The notes under the pieces: model-generated
Told to the model about the DNA's origin: nothing
What the model saw: only the letters and a program-made list of their open reading frames with translations
Database searches by the model: none
NCBI GenBank assembly: GCA_025061985.1
Contig: JANXAW010000023.1
Coordinates: 78,104-142,103 of the forward strand
Direction of reading: 5' to 3'
Source: Fimbriimonadales bacterium
GTDB lineage: Bacteria; Armatimonadota; Fimbriimonadia; Fimbriimonadales; GBS-DC
Length of the DNA stretch: 64,000 bases
In this document: piece by piece, positions 1 to 7,958 of the stretch
Position numbering within the stretch: position 1 is the stretch's first letter
Layout: each line of letters opens with the position of its first letter
Made by a program: the position numbers and the translations under genes

Positions 1-1
1 C

Positions 2-364
2 GCCTATGAAACGATGGACCGCATTGTCAACATGTTCCCCCCTGAGGAAAAGAAACACATTCTGCAAAGGCTGGCGAACACGCTTCGGGGGATTGTGGCG
101 CAGAAGCTCGTGCCTCGTGCGGGAGGGCGTGGACGTATTGCCGCTGTGGAGATTATGATCAATACCCCCACTGTTCAGAAGATGATTGAAGATGGGCACA
201 TTGGCGAAATCTACAATGCCATCCGCGAGGGCGAGCACTGGGGGATGCGCACGATGAACCAGTGTCTGTATCGTTATGTGCAAAAGCAACTTATCACGCC
301 TGAAGAAGCGCTCAACTATGCAGGGATTCACTCTGAGCTGCGTCAAATGCTGCGACGCTTGTAA
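2..364 (+). CDS. pilT: Type IV pilus retraction ATPase, PilT/PilU family, C-terminal fragment (5' end outside window)
   Basis: The frame is open from the window edge. The C-terminal sequence is PilT-like (...LRGIVAQKLVPRAGGRGRIAAVEIMINTPTVQKMIEDG...). Stop TAA at 362-364. Confidence 0.75.
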   Translation, partial: AYETMDRIVNMFPPEEKKHILQRLANTLRGIVAQKLVPRAGGRGRIAAVEIMINTPTVQKMIEDGHIGEIYNAIREGEHWGMRTMNQCLYRYVQKQLITPEEALNYAGIHSELRQMLRRL

Positions 365-443
365 ACGGTAACTCAGCTTCCACAGAGGGGGCAGGGCAGG
401 CCTCCTGTTGCCCCCTTCCTCCTGTGGGGTATCCTTCCGATGG

Positions 444-1331
444 ATGCCTGAAATATTGCTCTCCATCCAAATTGTCAACTGGAATGCCCGAGAGCCATTG
501 CGGGTAGCTTTGCGCTCCATTTTAGCGTACCCGCCTTCCTGTGGGTATGAAATCATCGTGTTAGACAACGCCTCCAGCGATGGCAGCGTGCAGATGCTCG
601 AGAAAGAGTTCCCCCAAGTTCGGCTGATTGTCAGCGAAGAAAACTTGGGCTTTTCCAAGGGGCATAACCTTGCAGCTCGCGCTGCTCGAGGGAAATACCT
701 TTTCATCCTGAACCCTGATACGGAAGTACTGCCGAATGCACTGGACCTGCTGGTTGCCTTCGCTGAGCAACACCCCGAAGTCGGTATCATTGGCCCAAAG
801 ATTCTCAACCCCGATGGCAGCTTGCAGTACTCTTGCCGGCGGTTTCCTAACCCTGTGGCGGCATTGTTTCGCAACACCCCCTTGGGCAGGCTGTTCCCCA
901 ACAATCGCTACACGCGCGAGTATCTAATGACTGACTGGGACCACAACTCCGTGCGTGAAGTAGACTGGGTTTCAGGAGCTGCGCTGTTTGTCCGCCGCGC
1001 TGTGTTCGAACAGCTGGGGGGATTTGACGAGCAGTTTTTTATGTACTGCGAGGATATGGACTTGTGCTATCGCGCGTGGCAGGCGGGCTACAAGGTCGTG
1101 TATTACCCTGAGCCTAAGATCATTCATGCGATCGGGCGCAGCACAGACCTCGTGGCGAACAAAATGATTATCGCCTTCCACAAGAGCATGTACCTTTTTT
1201 ACAAGAAGCATTACGTCAAGCGCGTTTTCCCTTTGTTGCGCCCGTTTGTGCCGCTAGGGTTGGCACTGCGCGCCTCGATCTTTCTGCTGAGAAACTATCG
1301 AGATGCGCTGGTGCGCCGCTTGCGAAGGTAG
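444..1331 (+). CDS. Family 2 glycosyltransferase (rhamnosyltransferase-like)
   Basis: GT2 hallmarks are present: IIVLDNASSDGS, NLGFSKGHN and the acidic motif YCEDMDLCYR. I chose ATG 444 over the upstream TTG at 408. Confidence 0.8.
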   Translation: MPEILLSIQIVNWNAREPLRVALRSILAYPPSCGYEIIVLDNASSDGSVQMLEKEFPQVRLIVSEENLGFSKGHNLAARAARGKYLFILNPDTEVLPNALDLLVAFAEQHPEVGIIGPKILNPDGSLQYSCRRFPNPVAALFRNTPLGRLFPNNRYTREYLMTDWDHNSVREVDWVSGAALFVRRAVFEQLGGFDEQFFMYCEDMDLCYRAWQAGYKVVYYPEPKIIHAIGRSTDLVANKMIIAFHKSMYLFYKKHYVKRVFPLLRPFVPLGLALRASIFLLRNYRDALVRRLRR

Positions 1332-1337
1332 TTCGGA

Positions 1338-1655
1338 TCAGTAGTCCTCTGGCATTGCCCCGCGTCGTCCAAAGCCTCCGCCCCCACCAGGCGGGGCAGC
1401 AGGAGCCATGGCAGCAGGCCCGCCGGGCGGTCCACCAAATCCGCCTACCGTTGGGATGGCACCAGAGCTCGTAGCCGCCGACGTGGCTGCCGCGAGAGGG
1501 TCTTCAATCTTACGCTCTAGGCCAGCGAGGTCAGGCATTTGGGGCGCTGGTAAGGGTTGGGGCATCATGTTATTGCTTAGCACCACCAGTACAACCAACA
1601 GCACCACGCCCAATGCGATCACGCCAATTCCGATGGGGTCTACACCCTTGCGCAT
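1338..1655 (-). CDS. Small single-pass membrane protein with a Gly/Pro/Phe-rich tail (hypothetical)
   Basis: ATG at 1655 lies 6 nt downstream of an AGGAGG site. The N-terminal TM helix is IGIGVIALGVVLLVVLVVL. The tail reads ...PTVGGFGGPPGGPAAMAPAAPPGGGGGFGRRG.... Confidence 0.5.
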   Translation of the reverse strand: MRKGVDPIGIGVIALGVVLLVVLVVLSNNMMPQPLPAPQMPDLAGLERKIEDPLAAATSAATSSGAIPTVGGFGGPPGGPAAMAPAAPPGGGGGFGRRGAMPEDY

Positions 1656-1761
1656 GACTTGCCTCCTAAGTCTAACGCCAAAATTCTACCCAACCAATGG
1701 GGCAGTTGGAAAGCTCGCAGGCGGCTTGTTTGGCAGGAAACTGGGAAGGTTATGCTCGGGA

Positions 1762-2979
1762 TCACTTGCGTCCTACGATGTTCGTGAGAATGACCGCTCC
1801 CCCAGCGTCGCCTTCTACGTTGACCATCGTGCGGAACATATCTAGGATGCGGTCTACTGCTAAAATCAGCCCAATGCCTTCTATTGGCAGTCCTACTGAT
1901 TGCAGCACGATGACCATCGTGAACAGCCCCGCGCTGGGAATGCCCGCTGCGCCGATAGCTGCCAGGGTCGCCGTAAATAGCACCACAATTTGCTGCGTAA
2001 ACTCTAACTGGATGCCGTATGCTTGCGCGATAAACAGTGCGGCGACTGCTTCGTAGAGAGCGGTGCCATCCATATTGACTGTAGCGCCGATCGGAATGCA
2101 AAAGCGGCAGATGTAGCTCGGCACCTTGAGTTCCTGCTCTACGGTGCGGATTGTCACAGGTAGGGTGGCAGCGCTGGAACTGGTGCTAAGCGCGGTAAGC
2201 ATTGCTTGCGAGATCCCCCGCAGAAACCGCCACGGTGGCATGCCCCCTAACAGCCATACCAGAGTGGGTAGCACAATCAGTCCGTGAATCGCCAGTCCGC
2301 CTAGTACCGCGCCCATATATTTTGCCAGTGGCGCGAACACCTCAAACCCTGCTTGCCCAACTGTGCGCATCAGCAGTAGCGCCACCCCTACTGGCAGCAG
2401 ATACAACACCCAGCGCACAATCACCATTGAAAGTTCCAACACTTCGTGCATAAACTGCCTTAGGGACTGAGCGCGTTCGCCCAGTAGGTTGAGCGCAATC
2501 CCTGCGATGAGGCTGAAGGTGATGATTTGTAGCATGTCGGCGCGCACCAGCGCATCAATGGGGTTCACAGGGATAAGGTTGCGCAGCAAGTCAGCGAAAG
2601 TGGGTGGCTTTTGTTCGCGCAGCTCTTTGGGCAACTCGGCTATTTGGAGCACGGCGCCCACCCCTGGGTCTACGAGGTTGACAATCACAAGCCCCAGCGC
2701 TGCCGCTAAGATGGTGGTGGACAGGTAGTACACCATGGTGACGGTGCCGAGCCGCCCCAAGTAGCGCGTGTCTAGCCCTGCAGCTGCTGTAACCAAGGAA
2801 GCGACTACTAGGGGCACAATGACCATCCGCAGCAGGCGAACAAACAAGTCTGCCCCTAAGGCAACCAGTTCGAAAAAGCGTGCCTGTGCGCCCCCCGCTT
2901 GATTGAGGAGCAGACCGCCGATAATGCCCACTACGATCCCTGCTACTACCCAGCGTATTGAAATGAGCTGTCGCTCCAT
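1762..2979 (-). CDS. Dicarboxylate/amino acid:cation symporter (DAACS, GltP-like)
   Basis: 405 aa and polytopic. It carries the conserved NMDGTALYEAVAALFIAQ and SSSAATLP motifs of the sodium:dicarboxylate symporter family. Confidence 0.85.
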   Translation of the reverse strand: MERQLISIRWVVAGIVVGIIGGLLLNQAGGAQARFFELVALGADLFVRLLRMVIVPLVVASLVTAAAGLDTRYLGRLGTVTMVYYLSTTILAAALGLVIVNLVDPGVGAVLQIAELPKELREQKPPTFADLLRNLIPVNPIDALVRADMLQIITFSLIAGIALNLLGERAQSLRQFMHEVLELSMVIVRWVLYLLPVGVALLLMRTVGQAGFEVFAPLAKYMGAVLGGLAIHGLIVLPTLVWLLGGMPPWRFLRGISQAMLTALSTSSSAATLPVTIRTVEQELKVPSYICRFCIPIGATVNMDGTALYEAVAALFIAQAYGIQLEFTQQIVVLFTATLAAIGAAGIPSAGLFTMVIVLQSVGLPIEGIGLILAVDRILDMFRTMVNVEGDAGGAVILTNIVGRK

Positions 2980-3160
2980 TTGGTGCTACGTAGCCGCTTC
3001 GTGCCTGCAGAATTTGGAGCGTATAAGAAGCCTCCCGCTGGCAAACAGCTTACGGGTCGACTACGCGACGAGCCCCCCTAGGTTCTTGCGTGGCGTCGCT
3101 TAGAGTAGCAAACCTGTGAAATGCTCCATTTGGCGAGCCCTTGGTGGCGTGTGTCTATCG

Positions 3161-3400
3161 CTACTCCTCGACGCCCAAGATTTGGGTATAGACTACTTGC
3201 TGAGGGTGTACGGCGACAACCCCACGCGCTCCCAACTCTGATGAGCCAGCTGCCCGAATGTAGCAGATACCTGGCAAGTCCACTAAGTCATCGGAGGCGC
3301 GTAGCTGGTTGATGATTTGATACGCCTCCTCACGCGAGTTGATTGGGCAGTCAATCTCTTGCCCGTTAGTTAGGCCAATCAGCAAGGTTACTCGTGCCAT
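3161..3400 (-). CDS. Hypothetical small protein
   Basis: ORF downstream of greA. ATG at 3400 has a GGGGAGG site 8 nt upstream. Longer alternatives start at TTG 3433 or ATG 3424. I recognise no family. Confidence 0.4.
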   Translation of the reverse strand: MARVTLLIGLTNGQEIDCPINSREEAYQIINQLRASDDLVDLPGICYIRAAGSSELGARGVVAVHPQQVVYTQILGVEE

Positions 3401-3449
3401 AGCAGGTGCCTCCCCAAAAAGCATTTCGGGCAAGAGTTGTTGATTCCTG

Positions 3450-3917
3450 CTACTCGATGCGCGTGATTCGATAGCGCACGATGCCTTTTGGTGTGTTGAC
3501 AGTCACTTCTTCGCCTGCTGTCTTACCTAGCAACGCTTCACCCAAAGGTGAGAGGATAGAGATGAGGTCTTGTAGCGGATCTGCCTCAAATGAGCCGACG
3601 ATAGTGATAGTGCGTTCCTTGCCTGTTTCAAGGTCTTGCAGGGTGACCTTGCTGCCCATGTGGACAATCTGGTCGGCATTTTCGGGGCGTGGTACAACGC
3701 GCGCGCGGCTGAGCACGGTCTCTAAGTCGCGGATGCGCCCTTCCAAAAATGCCTGCTGGCGCTTCGCGTCTTGGTAATCGAAATTCTCGCTGAGGTCGCC
3801 TAATGCGCGCGCTGCCCTGATTCGCTCCACAATCTCGCGCCGCTTGACCGTTTTGAGTTCTTCCAGCTCGCGCTTCAGGCGCTCGTACCCCTCAGGTGTG
3901 ATAAGAATCTCCGACAT
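3450..3917 (-). CDS. greA: Transcription elongation factor GreA
   Basis: 155 aa. The N-terminal coiled coil contains GDLSENFDYQDAKRQQAFLEGRI, and the C-terminal domain is FKBP-like. Confidence 0.9.
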   Translation of the reverse strand: MSEILITPEGYERLKRELEELKTVKRREIVERIRAARALGDLSENFDYQDAKRQQAFLEGRIRDLETVLSRARVVPRPENADQIVHMGSKVTLQDLETGKERTITIVGSFEADPLQDLISILSPLGEALLGKTAGEEVTVNTPKGIVRYRITRIE

Positions 3918-3923
3918 GGCTAC

Positions 3924-4964
3924 TCACCCGCGCTTCGTGTTTTCCACGCGCTCCGCAAGATACTGGCGGAATGCCTCGTATGTGGGCTGTTCCAGAAGCT
4001 CCTCATAAATTTGCCACAGCAGGTCTGGACTCTCAACTTGCTGCACTAGCGGTGTTAGCCTTGCCCCCTTTTCACCAAACCGTTTCGTGAGGGCGCGGAT
4101 GATGACCTCTCTCAACGCTTCAGCGCGTCCTTCTGCGAAGCCTTCGGCACGCCCTTCCGCGAAACCTTCAGCACGCCCCTTTGCGTACCCTTCTGTGTAC
4201 CCTTCCACTAATCCTCTGCGCAGCCCGATGCGCTCCGCAGCCGAGATGAAGGGCACCTGTTTCTGACGCTTGTACTCTTCAAGGGCACGTTCAAACTCTT
4301 TCTCCAGAAACTCGGGCAGTGCCATAATCCCCTCCAGCAACTCGTCCAACTGAGCCAGCAGCTCTTCATTATACCCCCGCTCGCGTGCCAAGAACGCCAA
4401 CTGCTTGCGTGCCTCAAAGCGCAAGTCTGGGCTACCTGCCGTTTCCCGCGCCTTCAAAAATGCTAGTAGCAGGAGCGCGACGGGGTTTCTGCTTTGCTCC
4501 AACTCCGAGCGATCAAAGTCCAGCAGCTTGGCTACGCGAAATCTGAACCGTAGCTCGCAGCCCCCGAAAGCATACCGATACTCCTCTGGGCGCCAGCGAC
4601 GGTTGGTGTCTACCAGTAGCGCAAAGCTGAGTATCGGTGCGTCGTACTCTAAGAACAGCCGCGCAAAGTACCGAAACATTCGCTTTGCGAACAGTGGCTC
4701 GCGCTGAGCCTGTACCTCTATGTGGATTAGGAGCAGTGGCGTCTCCCCTGAGTGAAGCCTAACTTTGAAGAGGCAGTCTACGAACATACGACGTGCGCGT
4801 CCTCGGGGCGACGGCGGCAGCAGCTCCTTGTCTATGAACTCGACTTCGCGAGACCAGTCTATTTGCGCATGCAGGTCAGGAGCTACCAGCTCCAGGAACT
4901 CTTTCAGGAATCGCTGTAGCAAAGATTTCCACCATAGGTCAAGCGTGCCTGGCGCAGGTTCCAT
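3924..4964 (-). CDS. Rpn/YhgA-like PD-(D/E)XK nuclease (putative transposase family) with a DUF4351-like C-terminus
   Basis: The core reads ...FVDCLFKVRL..LLLIHIEVQAQREPLFAKRMFRYFARLF.... A GYAKGRAEGFAEGRAEGFAEGRAEA repeat and a DUF4351-like tail follow. Start is taken at ATG 4964, because the longer ORF to 5093 overlaps the divergent pepP start. Confidence 0.65.
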   Translation of the reverse strand: MEPAPGTLDLWWKSLLQRFLKEFLELVAPDLHAQIDWSREVEFIDKELLPPSPRGRARRMFVDCLFKVRLHSGETPLLLIHIEVQAQREPLFAKRMFRYFARLFLEYDAPILSFALLVDTNRRWRPEEYRYAFGGCELRFRFRVAKLLDFDRSELEQSRNPVALLLLAFLKARETAGSPDLRFEARKQLAFLARERGYNEELLAQLDELLEGIMALPEFLEKEFERALEEYKRQKQVPFISAAERIGLRRGLVEGYTEGYAKGRAEGFAEGRAEGFAEGRAEALREVIIRALTKRFGEKGARLTPLVQQVESPDLLWQIYEELLEQPTYEAFRQYLAERVENTKRG

Positions 4965-5032
4965 CCGAGCTGTGTAGCGCACGTTCGTGGCATGGCGTAC
5001 AATTCCTACCCAGATTAGGTACACTTGGGAGC

Positions 5033-6340
5033 ATGAGGCGCGCGGTTTTGGGGTGGTTGGCGAGTGTTGCGTTTGTCGGCAGCACCCTCGCAACAGCAGA
5101 GACGCCTACCTTGTGGGGCATTCCGATTGGTGAGTATGCCCAGCGTCGCGCACAGCTGCGCAAACTACTAGAGCCTGACCAGATAGCCATCCTTGCCAGC
5201 GAGAGTAGCCCGCCCACACGCCTGAAATTCCGCCAAGACAGCAACTTTATGTATCTCACGGGGCTGGAAGCCATCAACGGAGTGCTGGTGATTTTGCCCA
5301 AAGACAGCCCATTAGAGGAGAGCGAGGTTCTGTTTTTGCCGCGTCAGTCACGCCTTTCGCGCTTATTTGAGGGACCTCTGCCCGAGCCGAACGCCCAAAC
5401 CCGTCGCGAGTCGGGCATAGAAGACATTCGCGAGCGCAGCGAGTTGCGCGAGTTCCTAGCCCAAGCGCTCAAGGTACACCCGCGCGCTTTGCTCAACCGC
5501 CCTGCACGCACCTTGCTAACCGATACCCTACGTGAAGCGAACCCTGAAGTGCAACTAAGCAGTGTGGATCGCTTGATGGCGCGTCTGCGCGTGATCAAAT
5601 CGCCAGCAGAAATCGCCCTTATGCGCAAAGCGATTGAAGCCACTATTGCAGGGCATCGCGCCCTAGCGCAACGACTAAAGCCCGGCGTATACGAGTACGA
5701 GCTGGAGGGCGCTGCGCAAGACGCCTTCCGCCGCCACGGCTCTGAACGCGAAGGCTACCCGATGATCATCGCCTCTGGACCCAACGCCTGCATCCTCCAC
5801 TACCACGCCAACAAGCGCCGAGTCAACGCGGGCGAACTGGTGCTGGTGGATATCGGCGCAGAGTACTCATACTACACTGCCGACATTACGCGCACCTATC
5901 CTGCTTCAGGCAAGTTCACCCCACGCCAGCGCGAACTCTACCGCGCCGTGCTGGACGCACTCAAGTACGCCGAGTCGGAAGCAAAGCCCGGCATCACACT
6001 GGCGCAGCTCCACCAGAAGGTGGTCGCCTTCTTCCGTAATCATCCCTTGCGCGCTCGCGACGAGAACGGGGAACTCAAAACCCTTGACCACTTCTTCGTG
6101 CATGGGCTGTCGCACATGCTGGGCATGGATGTACACGACTTAGACCCGAACCTGCCCCTCGCCCCGGGAATGGTGTTTACCATCGAGCCTGGGCTGTACG
6201 TCCCCGCAGAGGGCATCGGTATCCGCATCGAAGATAACTACTTGGTAACCGAAAAGGGCGTGGAGAACCTTAGTCGTGCGTTGCCACGCGAGCCTGAAGC
6301 CATTGAGCGTATGGTGGGCGCTGGCAAATCCCAACGTTGA
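5033..6340 (+). CDS. pepP: Xaa-Pro aminopeptidase (M24B), secreted
   Basis: An N-terminal signal-like segment is present. M24 metal-ligand blocks are VLVDIGAEYSYYTADITRT, HGLSHMLGMDVHD and FTIEPGLY. Confidence 0.85.
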   Translation: MRRAVLGWLASVAFVGSTLATAETPTLWGIPIGEYAQRRAQLRKLLEPDQIAILASESSPPTRLKFRQDSNFMYLTGLEAINGVLVILPKDSPLEESEVLFLPRQSRLSRLFEGPLPEPNAQTRRESGIEDIRERSELREFLAQALKVHPRALLNRPARTLLTDTLREANPEVQLSSVDRLMARLRVIKSPAEIALMRKAIEATIAGHRALAQRLKPGVYEYELEGAAQDAFRRHGSEREGYPMIIASGPNACILHYHANKRRVNAGELVLVDIGAEYSYYTADITRTYPASGKFTPRQRELYRAVLDALKYAESEAKPGITLAQLHQKVVAFFRNHPLRARDENGELKTLDHFFVHGLSHMLGMDVHDLDPNLPLAPGMVFTIEPGLYVPAEGIGIRIEDNYLVTEKGVENLSRALPREPEAIERMVGAGKSQR

Positions 6341-6346
6341 GCGCGG

Positions 6347-6352
6347 TATAAT
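6347..6352 (+). promoter_or_regulatory. -10 box TATAAT 6 nt upstream of the nuoE ATG (leaderless candidate)
   Basis: GGTATAAT-TGCGCT-ATG. There is no SD between the box and the start. Confidence 0.45.
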
Positions 6353-6358
6353 TGCGCT

Positions 6359-6988
6359 ATGCAAGACCCGCTAATCCGTATCACCGAGCGTCCGAAACCG
6401 CCGCGTCCTGAAGAACTCACCCTGCGCTTTTCGGAGCGCGCTGTCAAGGAGCTGGAAGCTATCCTAAAGCATTACCCCGACCGAAAGTCGGCAATGCTCC
6501 CGGCGCTTTGGATTGCCCAACGCGAGTATGGGGGGCACCTCACTGCCGAAGCTCTCGCAGAAGTCGCTTACCGCTTGGGGCGCTCCTACGCGGAAGTAGA
6601 AGGCGTAGCGACCTTCTACACGATGTACAACAAAACACCCGTCGGCAAATACATGCTGGAGGTCTGCACCAACCTCCCTTGCATGCTGTGCGGTGCCTAT
6701 CGCATTCTAGAGTACCTTGAGCAGAAGTTAGGCATCAAGCTCGGCGAAACGACCCCTGACGGGCTGTTCACGCTTACTGAGGTCGAATGCCTCAACAACT
6801 GTGGCGATGCCCCCGTGATGCAAGTGGGCGATGTGTACTACCGGCGCCTTACCCCCGAAAAAATCGACGAGATTATTGAGTATCTGCGCACCCACGAAGA
6901 GCACACCGTAGTGCAATTAGCCGATGCGGAGGTGCAGCTCCATCTAAGCGAGCAGGAACGCCAGCAGATTGAGGGCACACAAGGCTGA
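6359..6988 (+). CDS. nuoE: NADH-quinone oxidoreductase subunit E (24 kDa, 2Fe-2S)
   Basis: Thioredoxin-like 2Fe-2S cysteine pattern: EVCTNLPCMLCG...VECLNNCGDAPVMQV. No other nuo genes are adjacent. Confidence 0.85.
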   Translation: MQDPLIRITERPKPPRPEELTLRFSERAVKELEAILKHYPDRKSAMLPALWIAQREYGGHLTAEALAEVAYRLGRSYAEVEGVATFYTMYNKTPVGKYMLEVCTNLPCMLCGAYRILEYLEQKLGIKLGETTPDGLFTLTEVECLNNCGDAPVMQVGDVYYRRLTPEKIDEIIEYLRTHEEHTVVQLADAEVQLHLSEQERQQIEGTQG

Positions 6989-6990
6989 CT

Positions 6991-7476
6991 ATGTACGAAG
7001 CAGGCTTTGACATTCAGCGGGTTATCGAACTCATTGCCGAACGTAAGGTAGAAGAGGCAATGCAAGAGGGCAAGTTCGACAACCTGCCCGGCAAGGGTAA
7101 GCCGCTGCCGTTGGATGAGGAGTGGTTTGCGCCACCTGAGATGCGTCCAGCTATTCGCCTTCTGAAAAGCGCGGGTGTGCTTCCTGATTGGCTGGAACGC
7201 GCTCGCGAGATAGAGCAGCTCCGCGAGCACGTGGCACGCTTGTGGCGTATCGCCGAACACGAATACCCTCGCGCCTGCCAGCTAAGCATAGAACGCTTCC
7301 ACGAATGGCGCGACGCCAGCTGGAATGGCATTCAGACGGTGATGCAGCAGGTCAATAGCCTTATTCTGACCTACAACTGTATCGCGCCCGCGAACGCTCG
7401 CCCCCAAATCCCATTCCGCATTGAGGCGGAGCGGATGCGTTTCTACGCGCAGTTTGTGGCGGTAGACGAGCGATAG
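6991..7476 (+). CDS. DUF1992 (DnaJ-C28-like) domain protein
   Basis: Carries the signature AERKVEEAMQEGKFDNLPGKGKPLPLDE. It starts 2 nt after the nuoE stop. Confidence 0.7.
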   Translation: MYEAGFDIQRVIELIAERKVEEAMQEGKFDNLPGKGKPLPLDEEWFAPPEMRPAIRLLKSAGVLPDWLERAREIEQLREHVARLWRIAEHEYPRACQLSIERFHEWRDASWNGIQTVMQQVNSLILTYNCIAPANARPQIPFRIEAERMRFYAQFVAVDER

Positions 7477-7522
7477 GCACGCTCCGCCCCTCCTGTAGCC
7501 AGCTACGCAGCCCTTAGTGAGG

Positions 7523-7528
7523 TATAAT
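7523..7528 (+). promoter_or_regulatory. -10 box TATAAT 7 nt upstream of the accB GTG
   Basis: AGGTATAAT-CCCACCC-GTG. Confidence 0.4.
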
Positions 7529-7535
7529 CCCACCC

Positions 7536-7958
7536 GTGCAGTCGGCGGTAGAGACGGTAGAGCGCTGCTTGAAGCTTATGGAGCGCTACCAGCTCCAGAC
7601 GCTGGAGATTAGCCTCGGCGAGACCCACCTGCGCATTGAGCGGGCAGAGGTATCTCCTGCGCCTGTTGCTGCGGTTGCGGCCCCTTCCGAGCCTGCTTTT
7701 GCCGAAGCCCCTGAATGGATTCCTATTGAAGCGCCGATGACAGGCATGTTCTACCGAGGTCCCTCGCCGAACGAACCACCCTACGTAGAGGAGGGAGACC
7801 TCGTATATGAAGGGCAGACGATTGGGCTGATTGAAGCGATGAAGGTGTTCAATGAAATCCCCTCGCCTGCTACGGGAATCGTGCGACGGATTGTGGCGCA
7901 GAATGCGACGTTGGTGCATCAAGGCGAAGTGTTAATGCTGCTGGAGCCGCCCGAATGA
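7536..7958 (+). CDS. accB: Acetyl-CoA carboxylase biotin carboxyl carrier protein
   Basis: The C-terminal biotinyl domain has the EAMKVFNEI motif. Start is GTG. The stop overlaps the hom start (ATGA). Confidence 0.85.
   Translation: MQSAVETVERCLKLMERYQLQTLEISLGETHLRIERAEVSPAPVAAVAAPSEPAFAEAPEWIPIEAPMTGMFYRGPSPNEPPYVEEGDLVYEGQTIGLIEAMKVFNEIPSPATGIVRRIVAQNATLVHQGEVLMLLEPPE

Noticed and set aside
4130-4210. Short DNA repeats inside the Rpn-like gene (encoding GRAEGFAE units)
   Set aside because: They are imperfect, in-frame and typical of this protein family's linker. This is not a CRISPR-like or regulatory repeat.
3924-4964. The Rpn/transposase-family gene as a mobile element
   Set aside because: I see no terminal inverted repeats, target duplications or other IS features around it. 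It is tightly packed between greA and pepP, so I treat it as a domesticated nuclease gene.
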